Part shown: piece after piece, positions 51,308-61,019 of the stretch
Numbering within the stretch: the stretch's first letter is position 1
Layout of the letters: each line of letters starts with the position of its first letter
NCBI GenBank assembly: GCA_013151915.1
Contig: JAADHJ010000006.1
Coordinates: 65,404 to 129,403, forward strand
Source: Deltaproteobacteria bacterium
Lineage (GTDB): Bacteria > BMS3Abin14
Reading direction: 5' to 3'
DNA: 64,000 nucleotides
The notes under the pieces: generated by a model
What the model saw: only the letters and a program-made list of their open reading frames with translations
Told to the model about the DNA's origin: nothing
Database searches by the model: none
Program-made: the position numbers and the translations under genes

Positions 51308-51553
51308 TCACACGATCCTGTTGTAAACAACCCCGAATGAGTAGAGCAGAACAAAGCTTATGACAGCCGCCTCCACCATCCCCCCGATGATCCCGAGAGG
51401 GCTGAGGGAAAAGATCATGTGCCACTTCATCATCATCTCCACGGCTCCTCCGTATAGCCCGAGGTTGCCCAGAATTCCGAGGAGCAGCATCACGGCCGCT
51501 GAGACGACAGCGCTCGACACGCCAAGCGCCCGGGGATCCAGTTTTGCTCTCAT
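51308..51553 (-). CDS. small two-TM membrane protein (81 aa)
   Basis: Two hydrophobic helices. Strong RBS GAGGAGG upstream; 36 nt downstream of the copA stop. Confidence 0.55.
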   Translation of the reverse strand: MRAKLDPRALGVSSAVVSAAVMLLLGILGNLGLYGGAVEMMMKWHMIFSLSPLGIIGGMVEAAVISFVLLYSFGVVYNRIV

Positions 51554-51589
51554 GTTTTTTCCTCCTCACTCTTTTTTACCTGATCCATT

Positions 51590-54319
51590 TCATATCCTGC
51601 GCCTGTACCTGCGCATCAGTAGTGAGTTTGTAACGACGGACACGGAGCTGAAGGCCATAGCCGCTCCGGCGATGATCGGACTGAGCAGAAACCCTGTGAA
51701 CGGATACAGGATGCCGGCGGCAATGGGGAGACCGAGGGCGTTGTATATAAAGGCCCAGAAAAGGTTCTGTTTGATCTTGCGCATGGCGAAGCTGGACAGA
51801 TCCATGGCCATGACCACATCCCGGATGTCGTCCTTGATAAGCACGATGTCGCCTGATTCTATAGCCACATCCGTGCCGCTGCCGATGGCGATCCCGATGT
51901 CCGCCTGGATCAGCGCGGGGGCGTCGTTGATGCCGTCCCCAACCATGGCGACCTTGAGACCATCGTCCTGGAGTTTTTTCACCTCGGCTGATTTGTCCTG
52001 GGGAAGCACCTCGCTAAGCACCCTGTTTATCCCCACCTGGGCGGCGATGGCCTTAGCGGTCCTTCTATTGTCGCCGGTGATCATTACCACCTCCTTACCC
52101 ATCTTTTGCAGAGCCCCGACAGCCGCCGCAGAGTGTTCCTTAAGGGTGTCGGCCACCGCCAGGATTCCGGCAACATCGTTGTCAACACCGACGATCATCG
52201 ACGTTTTGCCCTGCTCCTCAAGCCCGGTCATCGCCTCGTCTGCGTCCTTCAGGTCCAGACCCGCCTCGGTAAAGTAGGCCCGGTTTCCGATGACAACTTT
52301 CCGGCTGTTCACAGTGCCCTCGACACCTTTCCCGGTAATGGAGATAAAGTCCTCAGGCGGCGTCAACTCCAGACCCTTGGCAAGAGCGCCGTTCACGATC
52401 GCCTCTCCCAGAGGGTGTTCCGAGTTCTTCTCGACGGAAGCGGCAAGTTGAAGCAAAAGGTCGGAGTCCCAGTCCCCGAAGGTCCCCACATCGGTTAACT
52501 CGGGTTCCCCTTTGGTCAATGTGCCTGTCTTGTCGAACACCACCGTGTCTATTTTATGTGCTATCTGAAGCGCCTCCGCGCTCTTGATGAGGACCCCGTT
52601 CTTGGCACCCAACCCGGTGCCCACCATGACGGCGGTGGGGGTTGCCAGCCCCAGGGCGCAGGGACAGGCAATGATGAGCACAGCGATGAACACGGTCAGG
52701 GCGAAGATGAAGCTCTGGCCGGCCAGCATCCAGATGCCGAAAGCGACCAGGGCGATTACTACCACACCCGGAACGAAATAAGCCGAAATGAGATCCGCCA
52801 ACGCCTGGATAGGGGCCTTGGAGCCCTGGGCCTCTTCCACCAGGTTGATGATCTGAGCCAGGGCCGTGTCCTTGCCGACCTTGGTGGCCCTGAATCTGAA
52901 GGAGCCGGTCCTGTTCATGGTGGCCCCGACGACCTCGTCGCCCACGGTTTTTTCCACCGGGATACTCTCACCCGTGAGCATCGACTCGTCCACGGCCGAA
53001 TACCCGTCAATGATGATTCCGTCCACGGGGATCTTCTGTCCCGGTTTGACCAACACTTCATCGCCCGTGTGCACCTCCTCAACCGGGATCTCCATCTCCC
53101 GGCCGTCTCGCACGACGAGGGCGGTTTTGGCCTGGAGCCCCATCAGCGACCTGATCGCTTCGGAGGTCTTTCCCTTGGCTATGGCCTCAAGCCACTTACC
53201 CATCAGTATGAAGACAATAAGAAGCCCGGCGACCTCAAAATAAAGATTCTCTGCCGAGTAGCCGGGCTTCCCGGACCAGATGGCGACCAGTACCGCCGTA
53301 CTGTAGATCCAGGCGGCGCCGGTACCAAGGGCCACCAGTGTGTCCATGGTTGCCATCCGGGTCTTGATAACCGAGAGAATACCCCTCGTGTAGAACTGGT
53401 AGTTGACGAACAGTATGGGAGTGGCCAGGAGGAACTGCAGGATGGACTCCCACCTGGCCGGCATGTGGGGCACCGGTATGCCCACCAGGGGCCCCATGGT
53501 GAGGGTGACGAGAGGCAGGCCCAGGACAGCCGAGAAGATGAACTTGAGCTTGAGGATCTTGATCTCCCGGTCCCTCGCCTCCTTCTCCCGGTCCAGGGTC
53601 TCTTCCGTCTCCTCCAGGGGTGTGTATCCCGCGTCCCGTATCGTCTGGAAGATCTCTTCCCTGCTGATAACGGCAGGATCGAAGTCGATCTTGGCCCTCT
53701 CGTTGATGAAAAGTTCCTTGGATAGGATCCCCCGCAAGCTGTTCAGGACGCCCTGAACCGTTCCAAGGCAGTGGGGGTTGTCCATTCCTACGACCTTCAG
53801 GTCAAGGTGCCCGGCGCGCGCCTCTCTTATATGGGGTGTATAGCCTGCGTCCACGATGGCCTTTTCAAGGTCCTGGTAAGAGACGGCGGCGGGGTCGAAT
53901 CGGACCATCGCCGATTCGGCCGCGAAGTTGACGTTTGCTTCCGACATGCCGTCAAGCTTCGACAGAGCCTTTTCGATGGTCGACGCGCACGATGCGCAGT
54001 GCATGCCGGTTATTCCCATGGTGACCGTCTTTTCGGCGGGTGCCTCCGCATCACTTTTCTCCGGCAAAGGTATTTCACGGGCTTCAACTGAGACCCCCGC
54101 CTCGAGTTCCGGAGCACCATTCTCTTCCTCTGGACCCTGGACTCCCGACTCCGGACTTCCGGCTCCGGAATCCGGAGTCAGGAATTTGTCCCTGCACCCG
54201 GGGCTGCAGAAGTACCAGGTCTTACCGTCCTTCTCCCCGGAAAGGGCTGTGCTCTCATCCACCTCCATGCCGCATATCGGATCAACCACCATCTCTGAAC
54301 CCTTCTTTTCCGGTTTCAT
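51590..54319 (-). CDS. copA: Cu(I)-translocating P1B-1 ATPase with N-terminal YHS/TRASH plus HMA domains
   Basis: N-terminal [35 protein letters not shown] motif GMHCASCAS, plus a second degenerate HMA. CPC motif ([12 protein letters not shown]), [15 protein letters not shown]. Confidence 0.9.
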   Translation of the reverse strand: MKPEKKGSEMVVDPICGMEVDESTALSGEKDGKTWYFCSPGCRDKFLTPDSGAGSPESGVQGPEEENGAPELEAGVSVEAREIPLPEKSDAEAPAEKTVTMGITGMHCASCASTIEKALSKLDGMSEANVNFAAESAMVRFDPAAVSYQDLEKAIVDAGYTPHIREARAGHLDLKVVGMDNPHCLGTVQGVLNSLRGILSKELFINERAKIDFDPAVISREEIFQTIRDAGYTPLEETEETLDREKEARDREIKILKLKFIFSAVLGLPLVTLTMGPLVGIPVPHMPARWESILQFLLATPILFVNYQFYTRGILSVIKTRMATMDTLVALGTGAAWIYSTAVLVAIWSGKPGYSAENLYFEVAGLLIVFILMGKWLEAIAKGKTSEAIRSLMGLQAKTALVVRDGREMEIPVEEVHTGDEVLVKPGQKIPVDGIIIDGYSAVDESMLTGESIPVEKTVGDEVVGATMNRTGSFRFRATKVGKDTALAQIINLVEEAQGSKAPIQALADLISAYFVPGVVVIALVAFGIWMLAGQSFIFALTVFIAVLIIACPCALGLATPTAVMVGTGLGAKNGVLIKSAEALQIAHKIDTVVFDKTGTLTKGEPELTDVGTFGDWDSDLLLQLAASVEKNSEHPLGEAIVNGALAKGLELTPPEDFISITGKGVEGTVNSRKVVIGNRAYFTEAGLDLKDADEAMTGLEEQGKTSMIVGVDNDVAGILAVADTLKEHSAAAVGALQKMGKEVVMITGDNRRTAKAIAAQVGINRVLSEVLPQDKSAEVKKLQDDGLKVAMVGDGINDAPALIQADIGIAIGSGTDVAIESGDIVLIKDDIRDVVMAMDLSSFAMRKIKQNLFWAFIYNALGLPIAAGILYPFTGFLLSPIIAGAAMAFSSVSVVTNSLLMRRYRRRI

Positions 54320-54434
54320 AAGCCTCTCTCCATTTCGTTTTTACCCAGCCCCCATACTCGATCATCGCACGCGGAGGGTTTCCATAACTCAGTGAAATAA
54401 TTCCGCATCATGACGTGTTCGGCAATGCGGCCCG

Positions 54435-54608
54435 TCAACCACAGCAGCCCCCGCCTTTTTTTGTGTGCTTAGCGGTGCTGTTATCGTCCCGGGCACTTGA
54501 TTCCGGATCATCTTCATGATGTGCGTGGCCGACGTTTCCGTGCCTGGGTCGGAATATCATGAATCCCAGAGCTAAAATTACCGCCAATCCTATCAGTTTC
54601 GAAACCAT
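54435..54608 (-). CDS. small membrane protein with His-rich region and C-terminal GGGCCG (57 aa)
   Basis: An ATG at 54608 follows GGAGGT. It has one TM helix, then HGNVGHAHHEDD and the terminal KKGGGCCG. It lies directly upstream of copA. Confidence 0.5.
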   Translation of the reverse strand: MVSKLIGLAVILALGFMIFRPRHGNVGHAHHEDDPESSARDDNSTAKHTKKGGGCCG

Positions 54609-54903
54609 CCTTAACCTCCATTTCTGTATCGGGTGCAAAAGAGACCCGATATCCATTTGATGCCCCTGACTTGCCCCTTGATCCGATTAAAGCGAACGAT
54701 CTGTCTGTGCCCATGCATGTCAATCTCCCTCTTGATATTATATCAGCTCTGCTCTCATGGTTAAAATATACCCTACCCCCCTAGGGTATGTAAAGGAGTT
54801 TTTTCATCCCCTTGTGCTGAAAGACTATTCCTGGACACATATCGGAACGGTTGATATCCTTGTATCCGGCATAGGCACCGGCGGCATCGAGACGGAGAAG
54901 CTG

Positions 54904-55749
54904 ATGGGAAAAACTTTGAAAACTGCAGCAGTACCCGGTGCAAAACTGGCTCATCTGCGGGAGATCCTCAGGAAGCTGGGATCAGTCGTCGTCGCCTATT
55001 CCGGAGGGGTCGACAGCACCTTTCTTATGTGGGTCGCCGCCGATGAGCTGGGGAACAGGGCCTTGGCGGTCACAGCCCGCTCGGAGACCTATCCGAAGCG
55101 TGAAGGCGAAGAAGCGGTGTCCATGGCCGAGGGGTTCGGGTTTCGCCACCGCGTCATGGAAACCTCAGAACTGGCGATCCCCAACTTCCGCCACAATCCT
55201 CCGGAGCGATGCTATTATTGCAAATCGGAGCTGTTTGCCACCATGCGCATGATCGCCGACGAGGAGGGCCTCAGACACGTGGCGGACGGGTCTACAGTAA
55301 GCGACATTGCCGACTACCGACCCGGCCGGAAGGCCGCAGAAGAGCAGAACGTGGTTTCACCCCTCATCCAGGCGAGACTGAACAAAGAAGAGGTTCGAAC
55401 CCTGTCGAAGGAACTCGGGATTCCCACCTGGAACAAACCCGCCTTCGCCTGCCTCGCCAGCCGCTTCCCCTACCATGAGGAGATAACAGAGGAGAAGCTG
55501 TCCCGGGTGGCCCTTGCGGAGGAGTACCTTCGATCTCTCGGTATCCGACAATACCGTGTCCGTCACCACGGAAACCTTGCACGCATCGAGGTCGAACCGG
55601 GGGACATCGAGGTCCTTCTGAAACAGGAGGACCTCGTTGGGCGCTTTCGTGAGCTCGGGTTTACTTACGTAACGGTAGACCTTGAGGGCTATCGACAGGG
55701 GAGCATGAACGACACGTTGACTGTTCAGTCAATGAACGAGAAGAGATGA
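54904..55749 (+). CDS. LarE-like PP-loop ATP pyrophosphatase (TIGR00268 family)
   Basis: VVAYSGGVDSTFL PP-loop and conserved C-terminal Cys (AFACLASRFPYHEE). The Met at 54904 is preferred; the ORF track begins 49 codons upstream. Confidence 0.7.
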   Translation: MGKTLKTAAVPGAKLAHLREILRKLGSVVVAYSGGVDSTFLMWVAADELGNRALAVTARSETYPKREGEEAVSMAEGFGFRHRVMETSELAIPNFRHNPPERCYYCKSELFATMRMIADEEGLRHVADGSTVSDIADYRPGRKAAEEQNVVSPLIQARLNKEEVRTLSKELGIPTWNKPAFACLASRFPYHEEITEEKLSRVALAEEYLRSLGIRQYRVRHHGNLARIEVEPGDIEVLLKQEDLVGRFRELGFTYVTVDLEGYRQGSMNDTLTVQSMNEKR

Positions 55750-55761
55750 ACTTCCGCTTAA

Positions 55762-57165
55762 TCACACTATCAGCCGATCCCACGTCCCATACTTTTCCTT
55801 AATGGTACCGCGAGGAATGCACAGCAAGATCAGCAGAACGCCGACGATTGTATTGTTCAATATTGTGCTGGTGCCGGCCCCTGCAAGCAGCCAGGGTGAA
55901 GCGATGACCCACGCACTGAATAAAACATTGATAAAACGGCCGGCCCTGATAATTTCAGCCATGGCTATCACTGCGACAGTTACAATGAGCGCGCCAAAAA
56001 TATTGTTGCTGACCGCTGCTCTACCCATCGTGCCAAGCACCACAGGCGAAAGCATGAGCCATAGGCCGAAGGCCGCGCTGAGAAGCAGCGTCCATGGCAT
56101 CGTGACTCCCCAGGACATTGCGGGAAAGTGCTCTTTAACGGGGGTCCCGTACAATGGCGTTCTTTCGTCCGTGTTCTCCAGGTTCAGCGTCCCCCCGATC
56201 CAGAATGTCCGCCACAGAGAATTTCCTTCACGCACGCTCTGCTTGAGAAACTGCCCCATCGCGACCAGCTCATCCACGGTGAACGGGATCATCAGGAGCA
56301 TGAGCAATGCGGTTATCAGACATAACGTGCACCAGTAACCCACAACAACCGGCTGCAGGATCACCAGCACGATGCTCGTGACGCCGAGCGGCACGACGAG
56401 GATGAAAAAGCCTGTCACCATCCACGGCATGGAACGCCAGCGCGTCTTGCCGCCCATCCAGGCCATGAGCATCTCCAGGGTATAGGCCACCGCGCCAAGT
56501 CCGGCATCGGAGATAGGAAATTTCCGCGACACGTCTGAAGTCAACACGTTCACAGTGCCCTGTCCAAAAAGCGGTTCCCAGATCGTGGGGATAAAACCCA
56601 ACTGGAATGCCGCGAGATAACGGGAAATCAACCAGCCGGCAAACGCGATGACGATCATCGGCGCACGCTGATGCCAGGTTGATGGATTGTAGCTCCAGCC
56701 TGGTGGAATTTCCGGGCCTGATTTGGCCATCTCCATATGATGCGCCATGCCGGGCATCGAGGGCACGAGGACTGAAAACGCAATGGCTAACGTGCCGATC
56801 AAGGTGTCGTTCGCAAACGCAGCCGGGCTTTTGGTCCAGAATACAAGGGGTGCGAACTGAAGCCATATCCCCACCAGGGCAACACTCCAGCGCCCCCAGG
56901 AATCAAATTGCGGGAACATCGCCAACAGGGCAAACAAGGCAAGCAACAGGCCACTGACCACATCGCTCCAGATCATTGCCGGTTTCACATAGCCGAAGGT
57001 AAACGGGCTGGTGATCAGCCAGAAACCAAGTCCCACGATAGTAAAGTTGGTCCATAACCACCGGCGGCGCATGTTCAGCGTCATATCCGTCATGTTTCCG
57101 TGGCTGTCCATGGAATCCATATTATGTTCACCGTGCTTCAAGGTGTGTTCGTGTTCCGATCTCAT
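55762..57165 (-). CDS. polytopic membrane protein (SPW-repeat-like / possible VKOR-like, CxxC in membrane)
   Basis: At least 10 predicted TM helices, repeated (S/T)SP(W/F) segments, and a membrane-embedded CTLC. Confidence 0.4.
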   Translation of the reverse strand: MRSEHEHTLKHGEHNMDSMDSHGNMTDMTLNMRRRWLWTNFTIVGLGFWLITSPFTFGYVKPAMIWSDVVSGLLLALFALLAMFPQFDSWGRWSVALVGIWLQFAPLVFWTKSPAAFANDTLIGTLAIAFSVLVPSMPGMAHHMEMAKSGPEIPPGWSYNPSTWHQRAPMIVIAFAGWLISRYLAAFQLGFIPTIWEPLFGQGTVNVLTSDVSRKFPISDAGLGAVAYTLEMLMAWMGGKTRWRSMPWMVTGFFILVVPLGVTSIVLVILQPVVVGYWCTLCLITALLMLLMIPFTVDELVAMGQFLKQSVREGNSLWRTFWIGGTLNLENTDERTPLYGTPVKEHFPAMSWGVTMPWTLLLSAAFGLWLMLSPVVLGTMGRAAVSNNIFGALIVTVAVIAMAEIIRAGRFINVLFSAWVIASPWLLAGAGTSTILNNTIVGVLLILLCIPRGTIKEKYGTWDRLIV

Positions 57166-58250
57166 AAACCATCGTTCCGTTCTTTGAGGCCCTCTGGAGG
57201 GTCGAGGTTGTTCTGCCGATACCAGCCTAACGGGTCCTGCTTCAATGCCGCCAGCATTTTCGGCAGGACCGCACGAAGCGAATGTTTCGGTTCCCAGTCA
57301 AGGAGGGTGCGCGCACGAGTGATGTCGAGGGCATAATGGTCGTTGGCCCGGTCGATCATCCACGGCTTGATGAACGGCTTCCGGCCGGGGATCTGGTTCT
57401 CCAGCCAGGCGCCTGCCTTCGCCAGCGGCGCCGGGACCTCGTGGGTCTCCCACGACCGGCCGTGAAGAATCCTGGCAATGGTATGCTGCAGCTCGTCGTA
57501 ACTTAGAGTTTCCGGCTCTCCGAGCAGCAGCGGTATTTCCGGCGGCAGTTGGGCGCGACGCTCCACGACGCGTTCAATGGCGTCCACCAGATCATCCTTG
57601 TGCATAAAGGCCTGACCATGCGCGATCTCGCCCGAGTACAGATGGCCGGAGAGCTGCTGCTCGTGGATACGCTGGATCTGGTGCGCCAATGGTATCGAGT
57701 TACAGAAATCATCGTAGACACCCGAGATACGAAGCAAAACGACAGGAATGTCGCCATGCTCCGCCAGGAGGAGTTGCTCAGTGCGAACCTTTGACTCCGG
57801 GTACGCCCAGGTCGGTTCAATCGGCCAGTCTTCTGTTATGAACAAACCCGGCTCCGCGGGTTTGTGTACCAGCATGGTGCTGGAAAAAACGAACTGCTCG
57901 ACCTTGAGGCCCACCTCCTTGAGCCCGCGCAGAAGGCGGCCGGTACCGCGAACGGTGATCTCATCATACAGGGGGCTCGGCTTACCCATGAAATCGTAGT
58001 ACGCCGCGAGATGAATCACTGATGCGACATGCTCCCCGTGGTGTTCACGGATGATGCGAAGACCTTCCAGCACATTGTCGTCTGATGTGATCTCGACCGG
58101 AACGTACACGCAATCGGGTGGCGGCGGAGCGAGAGCCTTGCGGTCGAAACCGATGACATGTTCGAATTTACCGGTAAACCGACGCATCACGGCATCGCCG
58201 ATTGATCCGTTGGAACCCGTGACAAGGATGATACCGCTGCCTGGCTTCAT
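57162..58250 (-). CDS. NAD-dependent epimerase/dehydratase family protein
   Basis: ILVTGSNGSIGDAV Rossmann motif and YxxxK-type SDR features. It overlaps the downstream membrane gene by 4 nt. Confidence 0.75.
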   Translation of the reverse strand: MKPGSGIILVTGSNGSIGDAVMRRFTGKFEHVIGFDRKALAPPPPDCVYVPVEITSDDNVLEGLRIIREHHGEHVASVIHLAAYYDFMGKPSPLYDEITVRGTGRLLRGLKEVGLKVEQFVFSSTMLVHKPAEPGLFITEDWPIEPTWAYPESKVRTEQLLLAEHGDIPVVLLRISGVYDDFCNSIPLAHQIQRIHEQQLSGHLYSGEIAHGQAFMHKDDLVDAIERVVERRAQLPPEIPLLLGEPETLSYDELQHTIARILHGRSWETHEVPAPLAKAGAWLENQIPGRKPFIKPWMIDRANDHYALDITRARTLLDWEPKHSLRAVLPKMLAALKQDPLGWYRQNNLDPPEGLKERNDGL

Positions 58251-58520
58251 TACAGTCCCTCCAAATCAGGCTTAACGTTTTGTCATGCCGACATGTTCAC
58301 CGGAATCCCGACGTATGCCTTGCCCCCACCATCAACGCGCAACGCGCCGGCGGATTGTGAGACGGACGACTCTTCGTTGGCACGAATTCCCTAATGTTGA
58401 TATCATACCATAGTTTATTATACCTTGGAGCATATACGCGGGGATCTGTAGTTTCTAAGGGGTCTTACGACAATATCAGTTTGGTACATTCAGGTTTTTC
58501 CGCCTTGATGGAGTCAGACA

Positions 58521-59252
58521 ATGGAAAAGTTCGCATGGCTTATCTGGTCGCTGAGTTTCCTTTCCTTTTGGGGCGTTGTATATTTTACGAGGCCTTCAAC
58601 GAGGAAGCAGATGCTGCGAATGAGTCTGTTCACAGCCCCCCTGGGGCTCACCGAGCCGCTGTTCGTGCCGGCATACTGGAACCCCCCGACCCTGTTCGGC
58701 CTGGCCCAGAGAACCGGGTTCGATATCGAGAGCCTTATTTTCTGCTTTTCGATAGGAGGTATCGCGACGGTCCTTTATGAGATGGTGGTGCCGACGCGGC
58801 ATGTCCCGATGCACAAGGACGAAAGACACAACCCTCACCACCGGTTCCATCTGCTCGCACTGATAAGCCCGGTCATCGTCTTCATTCTGCTAGCGCTGAC
58901 CACTTCCTGGAACGCCATCTACCCCGGCATCCTGGCCATGATCGTAGGAGCGATGGCGTCTCTGTGGTGCCGGCCGGACCTCAAGGGCAAGATCTGGGTG
59001 GGCGGAGGAATCTTCCTGGTTCTCTATTTTCTGTTTTTCCAGCTTCTGGATCTGGCGTTTCCGACCTACGTTGAAAGATACTGGACACTTGATGCCCTTT
59101 CGGGGATTATAGTGTTGGGAATCCCGATAGAAGAATACCTTTTTGCTTTCACCTTCGGCCTGATGTGGTCCAGTTTGTATGAACACCTCTCGTGGCAGAA
59201 AATAATACCCGCTCACCGGGGGACACATTCACCAAACAACAAAGACTCATGA
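58521..59252 (+). CDS. lycopene-cyclase-domain-like integral membrane protein
   Basis: 7 hydrophobic helices and two P-x-EE-like segments (GLTEPLF, GIPIEEYLFAF), reminiscent of CrtYcd-domain proteins. Confidence 0.4.
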   Translation: MEKFAWLIWSLSFLSFWGVVYFTRPSTRKQMLRMSLFTAPLGLTEPLFVPAYWNPPTLFGLAQRTGFDIESLIFCFSIGGIATVLYEMVVPTRHVPMHKDERHNPHHRFHLLALISPVIVFILLALTTSWNAIYPGILAMIVGAMASLWCRPDLKGKIWVGGGIFLVLYFLFFQLLDLAFPTYVERYWTLDALSGIIVLGIPIEEYLFAFTFGLMWSSLYEHLSWQKIIPAHRGTHSPNNKDS

Positions 59253-59280
59253 TTCATAAGCTCGAACGTATACCAAATAG

Positions 59281-59937
59281 ATGGGGGAACAGGATATGAG
59301 CCAGAACTACGCATATGGGAAATGGCCCCTGGTTGTGGGAATGATCATTGTAGCCCTTTTCTTTATAACCAGGTACATCCCTATAAAAACTAAATTCGAA
59401 AAACGCAGCGGCGGTGTGTTGTACACCTTTATCATCGCTCTTTTTGCCGAAATGTATGGTTTCCCGCTTACTATCTATATATTATCAACACAGTTCGGAC
59501 TCAAGATCCCTTTGACACACTCATATGGTCACCTGTCCGCTTATCTCCTCACCTTTTTGGGAATCAAGATAGCTTACGGCTGGGCATTAGTGATGATCGT
59601 GAGTAACGTTGTCATTGTTTTTGGCGTGATATGGATCACCAAAGGGTGGAGCCAGGTTTATCATTCGGATGGCAAACTCGTAACAACGGGAATCTATTCC
59701 AGAATGCGTCATCCCCAATACAGCGGGATCATCCTGGTTGCCATAGGTTTTTTAATCCAATGGCCGACACTAATTACCCTGTTCCTGTTCCCCTTTCTTA
59801 TAGTGATGTATTACAGGCTCGCCATGAGGGAAGAACACGATGTCGAGGAAGTATACGGACCGGAATATATCGACTATAAGAAAAATGTACCGGCCTTTAT
59901 TCCTCGTCTTAAGCTTGGTCTCTTGACAGCAAAATAA
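59281..59937 (+). CDS. isoprenylcysteine carboxyl methyltransferase (ICMT/PEMT) family membrane methyltransferase
   Basis: The C-terminal GIYSRMRHPQYSGIIL...EE...L matches the ICMT SAM-binding signature. Confidence 0.75.
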   Translation: MGEQDMSQNYAYGKWPLVVGMIIVALFFITRYIPIKTKFEKRSGGVLYTFIIALFAEMYGFPLTIYILSTQFGLKIPLTHSYGHLSAYLLTFLGIKIAYGWALVMIVSNVVIVFGVIWITKGWSQVYHSDGKLVTTGIYSRMRHPQYSGIILVAIGFLIQWPTLITLFLFPFLIVMYYRLAMREEHDVEEVYGPEYIDYKKNVPAFIPRLKLGLLTAK

Positions 59938-59980
59938 TCAGTAAAAACAAATTATTATGGCCTTAAACCTAATGTTTAAC

Positions 59981-60060
59981 ATTCAGCGTTGATGACTTCG
60001 CAAAAAGTCCATCCATGGCTTTTTACTCCACGGAATAACGAAAAATGTCATTTTCACTTA
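59981..60060. repeat. REP/MITE-like element family B, copy 4 (truncated)
   Basis: GATGACTTCGCAAAAAGTCCATCCATGGCTTTTTACTCCACGGAATAACGAAAAATGTCATTTTCAC. It provides the last codons and the stop of the gene at 60054-60452. Confidence 0.7.
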
Positions 60061-60452
60061 CCGGACTCAGGGGAACTTTCCGCGTGCCACTGAGCCGCCG
60101 TGAATTTCCTGAGATCTTCAAAGTACCGTGAATTGGGATCAGCGCCCGCAGTGTGCCCTTTCATGACATCGAACCCGTGCCGGGAGAGCACCCAACCAAC
60201 CGCATGGATGGCCTCGTGGCGGGAAAGGCCGTCAGCCACCAGGCGCCGGAGCGTCCCAGCCACGGGAATCTCGTCGCCCATTGCCGTCTGGGTTTCCACC
60301 ATCGCATGGATCTGGGCATGAAGAAGAACATTCGGCAGGTTCGCCTCGCCGGCCTCGCAGTACTGAAGCACCGCGTTCACCCGCTCGGGCTCATCAGCTT
60401 TAAGCCACATCTCTGATTCAGGTTCGATCTCAGGATCGTAGTCGTGGATCAT
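60054..60452 (-). CDS. hypothetical protein (132 aa)
   Basis: An ATG at 60452 follows GGAGGAAAGGGGAG. No recognisable motif. Confidence 0.45.
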   Translation of the reverse strand: MIHDYDPEIEPESEMWLKADEPERVNAVLQYCEAGEANLPNVLLHAQIHAMVETQTAMGDEIPVAGTLRRLVADGLSRHEAIHAVGWVLSRHGFDVMKGHTAGADPNSRYFEDLRKFTAAQWHAESSPESGK

Positions 60453-60679
60453 TTCCACTCCCCTTTCCTCCTTGGTTCCTATTCGAATCGCCCCGGCAAA
60501 CTCAGCCCCCCCGGCTCTGCCGTGGGACCCAAGGAGTTTGACCATACCGGGCGTAGATGAAAGCCTCCCGTTTGTGAACCGCTCAAAGCTTTCAGGAGAG
60601 GAGACTTTCGTTTAACGATGTAAGAAGTTTAAGCCATACGGTATGGGACTGCAAGTATCATAATTGTTTGGGTTCATCC

Positions 60680-60881
60680 GGTTAATGCGTACCTTTATTA
60701 TTTTGCTGTCATTGCGAGGAGCATCGAGTAAGACGAGAGTGACGCGGCAATCTCATGCGGAGCTGAAAAGATCGTCACGGTGCCCTTCGGTCGCCCACGG
60801 GATCGCTTCGCATAGTTTCAGCTCGCGATGACGAATGGTGGGATATGGTCTTCATCCGGGTACGCATTTCCAGGATGACCC
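60680..60881. mobile_element. MITE-like element family A, copy 3 (inverted orientation, 202 bp)
   Basis: Ends GGGTTCATCCGGTTAATGCGTACC ... GGTACGCATTTCCAGGATGACCC. Flanks ATTGTTT / TATTCTTT. Confidence 0.7.
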
Positions 60882-61019
60882 TATTCTTTCACCACCTTTT
60901 GAACTTGACCTTCCCGACCCGGTTCCCCTAAAATACCCTTAGCTACTTATTGACGAAGGGAAACCGGCGGTTTATCTACACTCAGATTTGCCGAAAAACG
61001 ATAGTAAGGAGGTAGAGAA

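Noticed and set aside
51189-51569. 126-aa ORF overlapping the small membrane protein gene in another frame
   Set aside because: It is Arg/Gly-rich and low-complexity. The 81-aa two-TM ORF in the alternative frame has a proper RBS and is preferred.
54040-54200. Repetitive TCCGGA/GACTCCGGA strings suggesting a tandem repeat
   Set aside because: They are inside copA and encode a Pro/Glu/Ser/Gly-rich inter-domain linker. This is a codon-level repeat rather than a non-coding element.
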